Below the pieces are notes generated by a model. That model had not been told where the DNA came from, searched no databases, and worked only from the letters and a program-made list of their open reading frames with translations. A stretch of DNA of 64,000 nucleotides from Bacteroidota bacterium (GTDB taxonomy: Bacteria; Bacteroidota; Ignavibacteria; UBA10030), in contig JALONQ010000003.1 of NCBI GenBank assembly GCA_025454835.1, forward strand, positions 67,273-131,272, given 5' to 3'. The position numbers and the translations under genes are program-made. Shown here in pieces: positions 40,653 to 49,501 of this stretch (positions are counted from its first letter, which is position 1; every line of letters starts with the position of its first letter).

Positions 40653-41920
40653 GGCGCGCGATCGTCATCGGCGTCTTGTGTGTCGCGGCCGTGGTCGCCG
40701 CAACGTCACAGGCCAAGATCCTGATCCCCATGGACCTGGCGCAAACCAATCATCTCAAGGCGTACGGCGTTGCCTTCTGGGTGCTGGAGAAAGGGGGACA
40801 GGTCGACTGGCTCCTGAACTACCGCGGAGGGTCGTTCCTGATCGACCTGGCGGAACCGGTGGCACGCGAATGCCGCATCCGCGGCGTGGCGTTTGAGCAG
40901 ATCTCCTCGGGGCAGGCCGCACAGGTGTTCGCCGACGTGCAGCGCGATGAAGCGAACACCGACATCGTACGGCTGGAGAAAGCGCCGAAGATCGCGGTCT
41001 ACGTCCCCCCCAATTTCAAGCCATGGGACGATGCGGTGACATTGGCGCTCGAGTATGCGGAGGTGCCATACACCAAGGTGTGGGATGAAGAGGTGCTGTC
41101 GGGCAAGCTGGCGGAATACGACTGGCTTCACCTCCACCACGAGGATTTCACCGGCCAGTACGGAAAATTCTATGCCAACTTCCGGACGGCACAATGGTAC
41201 GTCGAACAGCAGGCGATGTTCGAGCGGGAAGCCCGGCGTCTGGGATATGCAAAGGTGTCCGATGAGAAGAAGGCCGTAGCGCGCGCGATCCGTGAGTTTG
41301 TCGGCAACGGTGGGTTCATGTTTGCCATGTGTTCGGCGACCGACTCATATGACATCGCGTTGGCTGCGGAGGGCGTCGATATCGTCGATGTGATGTTCGA
41401 CGGCGATCCGCCCGACCCGCAGGCAGCATCAAAGCTCGACTTTCGGAAGACGCTCGCGTTCGAAAACTTCGCGCTGGACATGAATCCGTACCGCTATGAG
41501 TATTCGGACATCGACCTGCCCCCGTCGGACCCGCCGCCGATCCGCGACCCGAACACCGACTACTTCACGCTCTTCGAGTTCTCCGCAAAGCACGACCCGG
41601 TCCCGACGATGCTGACACAGAACCACGTTTCGATCGTTAAAGGTTTCATGGGACAGACGACCGCGTTCCGCAGGAGCGCGATCAAGCGAACGGTGGTGGT
41701 GCTGGCGGAGCGGGATGGGACGGAAGAGGTGCGGTACCTCCACGGCAACTTCGGTCGCGGGACATTCACCTGGTACAGCGGCCACGACCCGGAGGATTAT
41801 CAGCACGCTGTCGGCGACCCTCCCACCGACCTCTCTCTCTATCGAACGTCGCCGGGATATCGACTGATCCTCAACAACATCCTGTTCCCGGCGGCGAAGA
41901 AGAAGCAGCAGAAGACCTGA
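40649..41920 (+). CDS. Secreted protein with class-I glutamine amidotransferase-like (DJ-1/PfpI/ThuA-like) fold
   Basis: 423 aa with a signal peptide. The motif IREFVGNGGFMFAMCSATDSYDIAL resembles the DJ-1/GATase1 nucleophile-elbow region (F..G..VAAICHGP..L). The start overlaps the TPR gene stop by 4 nt. Confidence 0.4.
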   Translation: MRRAIVIGVLCVAAVVAATSQAKILIPMDLAQTNHLKAYGVAFWVLEKGGQVDWLLNYRGGSFLIDLAEPVARECRIRGVAFEQISSGQAAQVFADVQRDEANTDIVRLEKAPKIAVYVPPNFKPWDDAVTLALEYAEVPYTKVWDEEVLSGKLAEYDWLHLHHEDFTGQYGKFYANFRTAQWYVEQQAMFEREARRLGYAKVSDEKKAVARAIREFVGNGGFMFAMCSATDSYDIALAAEGVDIVDVMFDGDPPDPQAASKLDFRKTLAFENFALDMNPYRYEYSDIDLPPSDPPPIRDPNTDYFTLFEFSAKHDPVPTMLTQNHVSIVKGFMGQTTAFRRSAIKRTVVVLAERDGTEEVRYLHGNFGRGTFTWYSGHDPEDYQHAVGDPPTDLSLYRTSPGYRLILNNILFPAAKKKQQKT

Positions 41921-42621
41921 TGCGCACTGCCATCATCTCCGATATCCACGGCAACCTCGAGGCCCTCGAGGCGGTGTTGGCGTCCATCCGCTCTGAAGGA
42001 ATGGATCGCATCATCTGTCTGGGCGATATCGTTGGTTACGGTGCCGATCCCGGTCCCTGCATCGACCTCGTGCGGTCGGCTTGCGCATTCGCGGTCCTGG
42101 GAAACCACGATGCCGCCGCCGTTGACATCTCTCTGGCAGAACGGTTCTCGTCGCACGCGGCCGCGGCCATTATCTGGACGGGCACAAAGCTTTCGGCCGA
42201 GCATCTGCAGTATCTACGAGGACTTCCGTTGCTTCACGCCGAGTCAGACCGTCTGTATGTTCACGCCTCTCCCCTCGAGCCGGCGCTGTGGAACTACGTC
42301 TTCGATTCCATCGATGCGCGCGAAGCGTTGACAGAGGTCGACCGTGGCGTCTGCTTCATCGGCCACACCCATACTCCCGCATTGTTCCGCGACCGCAAAG
42401 CCGCCGGTCCGCTTCGTCGGGAGGAGTCGGCCATCATCAATGTCGGCAGCGTGGGCCAGCCGCGCGACGGAGCGCCCGAAGCCAGCTATGGTACCTTCGA
42501 CGATGACGCGTGGAGCTACCGCAACGTGCGCGTGCCGTACGACATCGACACGGCGGCAAAGAAGATCCGCGAGTCGGGGCTGCCCTCCCGGCTCGCGGAT
42601 CGGTTGTTCGTCGGTCGCTGA
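41920..42621 (+). CDS. Metallophosphoesterase (calcineurin-like, YfcE/MJ0936 family)
   Basis: 233 aa with DIHGN, GDIVGYG and GNHD motifs. The ATG overlaps the upstream stop (TGATG). Confidence 0.85.
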   Translation: MRTAIISDIHGNLEALEAVLASIRSEGMDRIICLGDIVGYGADPGPCIDLVRSACAFAVLGNHDAAAVDISLAERFSSHAAAAIIWTGTKLSAEHLQYLRGLPLLHAESDRLYVHASPLEPALWNYVFDSIDAREALTEVDRGVCFIGHTHTPALFRDRKAAGPLRREESAIINVGSVGQPRDGAPEASYGTFDDDAWSYRNVRVPYDIDTAAKKIRESGLPSRLADRLFVGR

Positions 42622-42625
42622 GCGA

Positions 42626-43459
42626 TCAGCGGCTGGCCAGAACGGCCATCATCTTCTCTTTCGGCATCGTCGAAGCGGCCGCACACAGCGTGCCGTTGTC
42701 CTCCCACATCACCACGTTGCCATCCGGATGCTGCGGGTCGGTGTACCAGCCGGTCCGCTCGATCGCTTCGCGCGCCGCCGTCGGCATCGTCAAGTGTGCC
42801 TTCTCGCCGATGGCTTCCTCTTTCCGCACCTGATAGACGTACAGCAGATCGTCTCCCATCTTGTAGACCACATGCGCAAGGCGCACGCCGTCGTATTCGT
42901 TCACGATGGCGCTGTAGCCGTCGCACCGCTCGATCGGACGCAGGATGACGAGGAACGGCATGTGCTGCGATTCGAGGTACGCGCTTACCTGCTCGGGCGA
43001 GCACGACGTGATCGCGGGCTTCACCTTGCCATCGCGGATCAGCTGGAAGTTGGTTGCCGTCTGCGTGATGACGTCGTTCGCGGCGGCATCACGGATGAGG
43101 TCGTCGTTGCGACCGATCGGGAACAGCAGGAAGGCGATGAGGACGGCGGCCAGACCGAATCCGACGACCGGCGCCGGCACACGGCCGAAGATCACCGACC
43201 AGAGATCGCGACGTTCAGCTCGTTGCGCGCTGCGGGCCTCGGCCCGGATGGCGTCCACGACACTGCGGCGCACGGCTTCGGGCGTCACAACGGGCGCGAC
43301 GGCGGAACGCAAAAGCGACCTGGTGGCCGACTCGAGTTCGAAGTCGCGGCGGCAGACCGTACACGAGCGAAGGTGGCCGTTGAACGCGGACACGTCCGCG
43401 TTAGAAAGACGGCCCTCCAGTGCGGGCCCGGCAAGTTCTTGAGCGTCAGAGCAATTCAC
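42626..43459 (-). CDS. Anti-sigma factor (zf-HC2 N-terminus, single TM, periplasmic domain)
   Basis: 277 aa. The N-terminal H..C..C zinc-finger-like motif (HLRSCTVCRRDFE) is followed by a TM helix (VVGFGLAAVLIAFLLF). The gene sits immediately downstream of the ECF sigma gene. Confidence 0.75.
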   Translation of the reverse strand: MNCSDAQELAGPALEGRLSNADVSAFNGHLRSCTVCRRDFELESATRSLLRSAVAPVVTPEAVRRSVVDAIRAEARSAQRAERRDLWSVIFGRVPAPVVGFGLAAVLIAFLLFPIGRNDDLIRDAAANDVITQTATNFQLIRDGKVKPAITSCSPEQVSAYLESQHMPFLVILRPIERCDGYSAIVNEYDGVRLAHVVYKMGDDLLYVYQVRKEEAIGEKAHLTMPTAAREAIERTGWYTDPQHPDGNVVMWEDNGTLCAAASTMPKEKMMAVLASR

Positions 43460-43492
43460 AGCGTTATCCTGATCAAGTGGTCATCCACAGGT

Positions 43493-44134
43493 TTATTCTT
43501 CGTCGTCCGGTTCCCCGGACAGATATCCGTGCCCCTTGGCGTACGCGTGCAGGCGCGCTTGGAGCATCTTGCGTCCCCGATGCAGACGCGACCGGACCGT
43601 GCCGATTGGACAATTGAGGAACTCGGCGATCTCCTCGTAGGTCAATTCCTCGATGTCGCAGAGGATGACCACGGTGCGAAAGTCATCCGGCAATTCCTCA
43701 AGCGCGGTCGTGACCTCGTCGCCGAGCAGATTGCCGAACATCCGTTGCTGCAGATCGCTCGTCTCTTTCGAGTCGTCGCGGATGGAGTCGTAGAAGTTCT
43801 CGACGTCGCCGTAGTCGACCTTGTCGGGCTCCCGCGTCTCCTTCCGGTACCGGTTGATGTACGAGTTCTTCATGATGCGGAAGAGCCAGGCACGGATGTT
43901 CGTGCCCTTCTCGTACTTGTCCCAGAACCGGTAGGCCTTCAGGTAGGTCTCCTGAAGGAGGTCCTTTGCGTCGTCACGGTCTCCGGTGGTGCGAAGCGCG
44001 AAGTTGTAGAGGAGGTCCATATGAGGCATGGCCTCGGCCTCAAACTCCGCGTGCCGTTCGTTGCCGCCGGAGAGGATCGCTGTCAGAATCAGGGGTATCA
44101 TGCGTTGGCCTTGTGAACTCCCCCAGCGGGCCAC
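43493..44134 (-). CDS. ECF-type RNA polymerase sigma-70 family factor
   Basis: The sigma-2 region is …DDAKDLLQETYLKAYRFWDKYEKGTNIRAWLFRIMKNSYINRYRK… and the sigma-4 region is …LTYEEIAEFLNCPIGTVRSRLHRGRKML…. The true start is probably an internal Met (MIPLIL at 44101, or MPHMD). Confidence 0.9.
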   Translation of the reverse strand: MARWGSSQGQRMIPLILTAILSGGNERHAEFEAEAMPHMDLLYNFALRTTGDRDDAKDLLQETYLKAYRFWDKYEKGTNIRAWLFRIMKNSYINRYRKETREPDKVDYGDVENFYDSIRDDSKETSDLQQRMFGNLLGDEVTTALEELPDDFRTVVILCDIEELTYEEIAEFLNCPIGTVRSRLHRGRKMLQARLHAYAKGHGYLSGEPDDEE

Positions 44135-44306
44135 GTCCCGATTCTATCTGCAAGCCACAGACGGTTAACGGGAGCCTCGACGGGGAGGTTCCGTTCTCGC
44201 GATCCGCTGGTTCCGCAGGAACGGGGCTTCGGGGAGAGTATTCGAAAACTACTGAAAAGAGGGGCTTTCTGCAATTCTGGTGCGCTTGACAGTCGATCAG
44301 CGCAGC

Positions 44307-45545
44307 CTATTTGCGCGGAATGAGCGATTTGAGCTGTTCGGGCGTCAGGACCTTGTCGACCTTGACGACGAGTGAGTCGACCTCCGCTCCGCCCGCATCG
44401 TGGATCTCATAACCCGCATAGGTCCTCAGGTCGCCGATATCGACCACCGTCACACGGATCGTGGGCGAGTCACCGTTGTCGGTGATCTCGTCGATATTGA
44501 AGGCCACGTCGACGCGGGCCGCCGGGGCCTTCTGCGACGGACGGATGCGCGCGTTCGTGATCAAGAGGTCGCAGCCGAGCCGCATGTTGAACGCGAGCGA
44601 TTCGTAGGCAGCGAGGTCCGTCGTCGACCATGAACCGTCGGCGATACGGCGAAAAGCATCGAGCAGCGCCACGAAGTTCATGGCCCGCAGGTGCATCTTC
44701 TGGTTGTCACCCGGCCACCCGCCCGACTCGATGAGCACCGTGCTTGTCCCCCACCGCTGAATATTGTCGCCGAACGCGCGTGGTTCGAATGTGTCGTCCC
44801 ATTTTGCGATAGTCCCCGGGATCAGTTCCCCGAGCGTGGTCGCAATACCGGCCGCCACGTGCTTCGCCCGCGTTCGTACCTCGTTGTCAGCCCGGGTCTC
44901 GTCCACCGGAGGAGCGAGCAGGGCGATGGCCGTGAGTCGGCGCGTCGTCCCGACGGTGTAGCGTGGGTCCTGGTCGTGGAGATTGAACCCGAACGCCGGC
45001 TCGAAGCGGTCGCGCACGGTCTTGAGCGTGCGCGCCTCGGGCGTCTCGAGGGCCAGGGCGTCGCGGTTCATGTCGATCCGCTGTGCCGTGCGACGGATGA
45101 ACCGCTCCGCGCCGTCGGGGTTCAGCATCGGCATCATGAGAAGGGTGAGCCGCTCACGCACGAGCTTCACGAGCGGATGGTCAGGACTCCGATGGAACAG
45201 CGTCATAAGATCAACCAGCGCCATCGTAGCCGTCGGCTCATCGCCGTGCATCTGCGACCAGAGCAACACCCGGGTCGGGCCCGTGCCGTAGGTATAGAGG
45301 GTGATCGGCCGACCTTCGCCGGACAACCCCGCCTGTTCTGTCGATACGACGCCGGCCCGGACCATGGGGGCGAGCCAGCCATGGAGGTCGGTCTGAGTGA
45401 ACTTTCGCGAAGTGATCTCGCGGACACGGACCTGATCGTGAAGAATGACGAGATCCCGGGGAGTTGGTGCGGCGGTCTGAGCGGACATGGCGAACGGAAC
45501 GAGTGACAGAGCCAGGAGGAGCTTGCGGCGATTCGGCATGGTCAA
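44307..45545 (-). CDS. M14-family zinc carboxypeptidase (secreted)
   Basis: 412 aa with a signal peptide and a zinc-binding HxxE motif (WSQMHGDEPTAT). Confidence 0.75.
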   Translation of the reverse strand: MTMPNRRKLLLALSLVPFAMSAQTAAPTPRDLVILHDQVRVREITSRKFTQTDLHGWLAPMVRAGVVSTEQAGLSGEGRPITLYTYGTGPTRVLLWSQMHGDEPTATMALVDLMTLFHRSPDHPLVKLVRERLTLLMMPMLNPDGAERFIRRTAQRIDMNRDALALETPEARTLKTVRDRFEPAFGFNLHDQDPRYTVGTTRRLTAIALLAPPVDETRADNEVRTRAKHVAAGIATTLGELIPGTIAKWDDTFEPRAFGDNIQRWGTSTVLIESGGWPGDNQKMHLRAMNFVALLDAFRRIADGSWSTTDLAAYESLAFNMRLGCDLLITNARIRPSQKAPAARVDVAFNIDEITDNGDSPTIRVTVVDIGDLRTYAGYEIHDAGGAEVDSLVVKVDKVLTPEQLKSLIPRK

Positions 45546-46081
45546 TCCATGTTCAATTTCTTCAGCTTCGGTCGAATGACGAACATGCAGTATGGCGCGG
45601 CGGAATGGTTGCGGTAGTACTGTTGATGATAGTCCTCGGCCGGATAGAAACGGTCCAGGGGCGCGATCTCGGTGACGATCGGGTCGGCAAAGTCTTTCTG
45701 CGCTTCAGCCTTCGACCGCTCGGCGGCGCTCTTCTGCGCGCTGGAGTGCGTGAAGATGGCCGAGCGGTATTGGGTGCCGACGTCGGCCCCCTGACGATTC
45801 AGAGTGGTCGGGTCGTGGGCCCTCCAAAACCAACCGAGCAGTTGCTCGTAGGAGATCTTCGAAGCGTCGAAGGTGATCTGCGCGACCTCCGCATGTCCGG
45901 TCGTGCCGTCGCAGACCTGTTCGTAGGTCGGGTCGGGCACATGTCCCCCGGCGTATCCTGAAACCACCTTCAAGACGCCCGGGATCTGTTCATACACCGC
46001 TTCGACGCACCAGAAACATCCACCCCCCAACGTCGCCAATTCTGTCGTTCCAGCAGTCATCGCACGGCTCCTCTCAGGCAC
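45542..46081 (-). CDS. msrA: Peptide methionine sulfoxide reductase MsrA
   Basis: 179 aa with GCFWC active-site motif. It overlaps the M14 gene start. Confidence 0.93.
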   Translation of the reverse strand: MPERSRAMTAGTTELATLGGGCFWCVEAVYEQIPGVLKVVSGYAGGHVPDPTYEQVCDGTTGHAEVAQITFDASKISYEQLLGWFWRAHDPTTLNRQGADVGTQYRSAIFTHSSAQKSAAERSKAEAQKDFADPIVTEIAPLDRFYPAEDYHQQYYRNHSAAPYCMFVIRPKLKKLNMD

Positions 46082-46083
46082 AT

Positions 46084-47619
46084 CTATCGTTTCTTTCTGA
46101 ACTCGAGTTCATCAAACCAGAAGTCATTGTTCGGCACGTTCATCTTCATCTCCGTCACGACGGCCCGTTCGTTCAGGACGAACTGCACCTTTCCGGCGCC
46201 GAACCACGGGAACGACTTCCGCCATTTCACTTCGAACACATCGAAGTGCCAGTGGGTAAGGTCGGCCACGAGGTCGGGATTAGGGAGCAGGCGCAACACG
46301 AGCTTTCCGTTCTCGATCGTGACGGTCGCGTCACCGTAGAGCGGTCCGCCGTACGTGCCGGCGTAGGCGGCCAGGGGTTTCGACGGCTTCGTGCCGGTGA
46401 TGCGCGTGCTGTCAGCGGAGAGGCGCTGATTCTTTTGGCGATCCTTGGCGTCGCGTTCTCTCTTGACCGCTTCCGTGATCCAGGTGGAGTCGACCGTGCC
46501 GAGATAGGCGTCGAGCACATGGCGGGTCGCGGCATCGGCGATGCCGGTCATGCCGTTCGTGAGAACGACGACGCCAAGCTTCAGGTCGGGGACGAGAAGA
46601 GTGTGCGAGAACATCCCGTCATAGCCGCCGCCGTGCTCGACGACGAGGTGGCCGCGATGATCGCGCAGGTCCCATCCGAGCCCATAGCCGCTGAAATTGG
46701 TGTGGGGGGCGCGCTCGCTCGGTCCGCCCACGACGAAATTGTTGTGCGGCGTCCACATGACACGCGACTGCGCTTCGCTCCAAATTCGGAGCGTATCCCA
46801 CTGTCCCCGGTTCAGCTGCAGGCGCATCCACTTTGCCATGTCGTCGACGCTCGAGATAATGCCTCCAGCCGCCGCCATGTTGTCCCAGTTGTACCAAGGA
46901 TAGGTCCGGATGACGCCGTTCTCTTCTCCGTGAGGCGTGGCGACATTCGTCTTGCTCTTGAGAGCGCTGATGGACAGCAGGGTGTTGTCCATGCCGATGG
47001 GCTTGAGGATCGTCCGGCGCAATGCATCCTCCCAGCTGCCGCCGGTCACCGCAGCGATCACTTCGCCGGCGGCGACGAACATGATGTTTGAATATCCATA
47101 GCCGGAGCGGAAGGGATAGGCCTGCTTGAGGTGGCGGGCCCGCTTGACGACCTCTTCACGGCTGTACGGCGTGCCGTACCAGACCAGATCGCCACCGAAG
47201 GTGCGCAACCCCACGCGGTGACTCAACAGGTCGCGAATGCGGACGTCGGCGCTGACGTAGGGGTCATAGACCTGGAAATACGGCAAATGCTGCTGGACCC
47301 GGTCGTTCCAGGACACCGTTCCCTGGTCTGCGAGGCTTGCCAGGATCGCGGCGGTGAAGGCCTTGGTGTTGGAGGCGATGGCAAACAGCGTGTGTTGGTC
47401 GACGGTTTCGGGCTTGCCAAGCTCGCGCACGCCGTAGCCTTTGGCAAGCACCACGGAGTTATCCTTGACGATGGCGACGGCCATACCGGGGACATTCCAC
47501 GCCGCACGCGCGGCGGAGAGCGAGGCATCGAGCGCCTCAACCCCGACCTGAGCCCCCGCCGGGATCCAAGCCAAGAGGAGCGGGATGAACAGGATCGTCA
47601 ACATTCGAGCGCGCGACAT
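46084..47619 (-). CDS. Serine hydrolase, beta-lactamase (class C/PBP4-like) family with C-terminal lipocalin-like domain (secreted)
   Basis: ORF 46084..47862, with the likely start at Met-82 (MSRARMLTILFIPLLLAWIPAGAQ signal peptide). It has an SxxK motif (IASNTKAFTA), a YxN motif (YGYSNIMF) and an HGG motif. Confidence 0.85.
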   Translation of the reverse strand: MSRARMLTILFIPLLLAWIPAGAQVGVEALDASLSAARAAWNVPGMAVAIVKDNSVVLAKGYGVRELGKPETVDQHTLFAIASNTKAFTAAILASLADQGTVSWNDRVQQHLPYFQVYDPYVSADVRIRDLLSHRVGLRTFGGDLVWYGTPYSREEVVKRARHLKQAYPFRSGYGYSNIMFVAAGEVIAAVTGGSWEDALRRTILKPIGMDNTLLSISALKSKTNVATPHGEENGVIRTYPWYNWDNMAAAGGIISSVDDMAKWMRLQLNRGQWDTLRIWSEAQSRVMWTPHNNFVVGGPSERAPHTNFSGYGLGWDLRDHRGHLVVEHGGGYDGMFSHTLLVPDLKLGVVVLTNGMTGIADAATRHVLDAYLGTVDSTWITEAVKRERDAKDRQKNQRLSADSTRITGTKPSKPLAAYAGTYGGPLYGDATVTIENGKLVLRLLPNPDLVADLTHWHFDVFEVKWRKSFPWFGAGKVQFVLNERAVVTEMKMNVPNNDFWFDELEFRKKR

Positions 47620-47681
47620 GGCAATCTCCGAACAACGTGTCCGCCAATATAGGAAAAAGTCGGGACCGGCCAGAAACACGA

Positions 47682-47702
47682 CAGGCGGCCACTGGCCGCC
47701 TG
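47682..47702. terminator. Perfect 10-bp inverted repeat (CAGGCGGCCA-c-TGGCCGCCTG) in the spacer after the OMP gene
   Basis: Lies 28 nt downstream of the OMP stop (47730) on the minus strand and is followed by the T-containing tcgtgtttctgg. Likely a terminator, or alternatively an operator for the downstream hydrolase gene. Confidence 0.4.
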
Positions 47703-47729
47703 CGGTGAGCGCAATCGATGTCAAGGTGT

Positions 47730-49379
47730 TCAGAACGGACGAACGAACCGGAACGTCCACGTGCCGGGCCCCTTCTCCGTCGTGCGCCACGTGTAGGCGA
47801 TCCGGAAGCTGCCGCTCTGGTTGGCGAAACCGAAGCCCATGTTGTGCCGCAGTTCGCCCCAAGTGACCTTGCCGAATCCGTCCTGGAAGTCTGCCGTCGG
47901 AAGCGCCGTGCGCACAAAACCTGCGTCGGAGAGAACGAGGAAGTTGATCCCGCCAAACAGGTCCGACGGCCAGAAATCGAGATCGTCGAGAAAATTGCCG
48001 TCGACAATGTACTCCGCGTTCACGAGCAACAGCCGGTTGCCACGCTCTGACTTGAACCGGTACGCGTGAAGCGTTCCGAGTCCGCCGAGTTCAAAGTCGC
48101 GCTGCGGCGGCAGGAAACCCTCGGACGAACCGGCGCGCACGCGGAGATTCACGTTGTCATATCGGCCCAGCGGTTGGTAGCGCCGCACATCGAGGATATA
48201 CTCATTGAACGAAAAATCGCTGCCGGTCATCTTGCGGCCGAACTCACCCGTGGCCGTCATCGTCCAGCCTTCGGGCCCATGCGAAGTCTTCTCCACCGTC
48301 GTCAGCCCGATAGAGGCATTGACGCTCCGCATGTCTCCCTCGTCGATCGGAGGATTGATACGGAAGCGCTTGTCGCCGCCGAAGAGCGCCCAATCGGTCT
48401 TCAGTTGCAGCGAATCATACCGGTCGGCCGAGTAGCCGATGCGCACCTCCGTGCGGAGCTCGTTCCCCTGCGTCAGCCAGGCCACATGTCCGGTGACGCC
48501 TCGCCGGCTGAAGTAGTCCTGGAAATCCTCGTGAATGAAGAACGCCGCCGCAGAATTCTCGTTCGTGCTGACGATCCACCGGTCCTTCGTGTCGGTCAGG
48601 CTGTAGCCTTCAACCCCGATCTCAAAGATCTGGTCTCCTTCGGAGGACAAGTCGAATTGGCGGGCGAGGCCGAGGTTGTAGCGCCACGTGTGCGATTTGA
48701 AGCCCCAGCCGACCGACCCGAAGGCGGTCCAGTCGCGCCGACCGTCCCAGTAGTACTTCTTCTCAGACCGGACGCCGAGGAAGACCCCTTCCACGCGGTT
48801 GTAACGAACGACGGCGTTGTCGAAGTTGCCGAACTCAGACAGCCAGGGGGCGTCGAAGCTGGTACCCAGGCGCCGGAACCGGGAGCGGTCCGTGCGGTAT
48901 GAAGCGGTTCCGTTGCTGCGGTCCTCGTAGCCGTCGATGCGCCCGTCACCCGACTTCTCGATCCTGCCGTTGATGACGCGGGCATTTCCTGTCACGTGGC
49001 CGTTCTCGCGGACGTAGAGGTCGCCGCCGACCACGAGCACATCACCGTCCACCGTACCGTAGATCGTGAGGTTGCCGCCCTTCACCACGACGTCGCCGTC
49101 GACCTGTTCGTCGGCCTCGATCGTCGTGTGGCCGGTATGGGAGCGGGCGTAGTCTTCGGAGTTGATGTCGGCGGTGCGGACCGAACGCGAACGTTTGCGG
49201 TCGAGAGTGTCGTCCGCGGATGTGTCGAAGCCGCGGCCGAAGCGGTCGATGAGACGATCGATCTCTCGTTCCAGTCGGACGGTGAAGTCGTCATGGTCGA
49301 CGTCGCGCCGGCTTGATTGTGCGGTGGCGAGTGTCAGCGAGAAGAGGCCGAGGAGAACGGCAGAGCGGAGAGCGTTCAT
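47730..49379 (-). CDS. Outer-membrane protein with N-terminal bactofilin-like beta-helix repeats and C-terminal beta-barrel
   Basis: ORF 47730..49508, with the likely start at Met-44 (MNALRSAVLLGLFSLTLATAQ). The repetitive segment is GDVVVKGGNLTIYGTVDGDVLVVGGDLYVRENGHVTGNARVINGRI. The C-terminus ends …TFRFVRPF (terminal Phe typical of OMPs). Confidence 0.5.
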   Translation of the reverse strand: MNALRSAVLLGLFSLTLATAQSSRRDVDHDDFTVRLEREIDRLIDRFGRGFDTSADDTLDRKRSRSVRTADINSEDYARSHTGHTTIEADEQVDGDVVVKGGNLTIYGTVDGDVLVVGGDLYVRENGHVTGNARVINGRIEKSGDGRIDGYEDRSNGTASYRTDRSRFRRLGTSFDAPWLSEFGNFDNAVVRYNRVEGVFLGVRSEKKYYWDGRRDWTAFGSVGWGFKSHTWRYNLGLARQFDLSSEGDQIFEIGVEGYSLTDTKDRWIVSTNENSAAAFFIHEDFQDYFSRRGVTGHVAWLTQGNELRTEVRIGYSADRYDSLQLKTDWALFGGDKRFRINPPIDEGDMRSVNASIGLTTVEKTSHGPEGWTMTATGEFGRKMTGSDFSFNEYILDVRRYQPLGRYDNVNLRVRAGSSEGFLPPQRDFELGGLGTLHAYRFKSERGNRLLLVNAEYIVDGNFLDDLDFWPSDLFGGINFLVLSDAGFVRTALPTADFQDGFGKVTWGELRHNMGFGFANQSGSFRIAYTWRTTEKGPGTWTFRFVRPF

Positions 49380-49501
49380 ACCGGTATCATTCAATGAGGT
49401 CGGATCCACCCGGAGATACGGCATGAGAAGGGGGCTTGTTGCAGTCCGGCAACAGAGGAAAATGCGTATATTCCTTGAATTGTCAACGTTGGAACACGCG
49501 C

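Noticed and set aside
42619-42628. The 4-bp gap between the convergent metallophosphoesterase and anti-sigma genes as a possible sequencing or assembly artefact or gene fusion
   Set aside because: Both ORFs terminate cleanly with their own stop codons and have complete conserved domains. Tight convergent packing without a terminator is unusual but not evidence of error.
44135-44306. Search for an ECF-type promoter (GGAAC-N16-GTCT-like) upstream of the sigma factor gene
   Set aside because: GGAAC pentamers are present on the correct strand, but the spacing to any GTCT/CGTC-like -10 is 25 nt or otherwise non-canonical. No convincing promoter could be called without a group-specific model.
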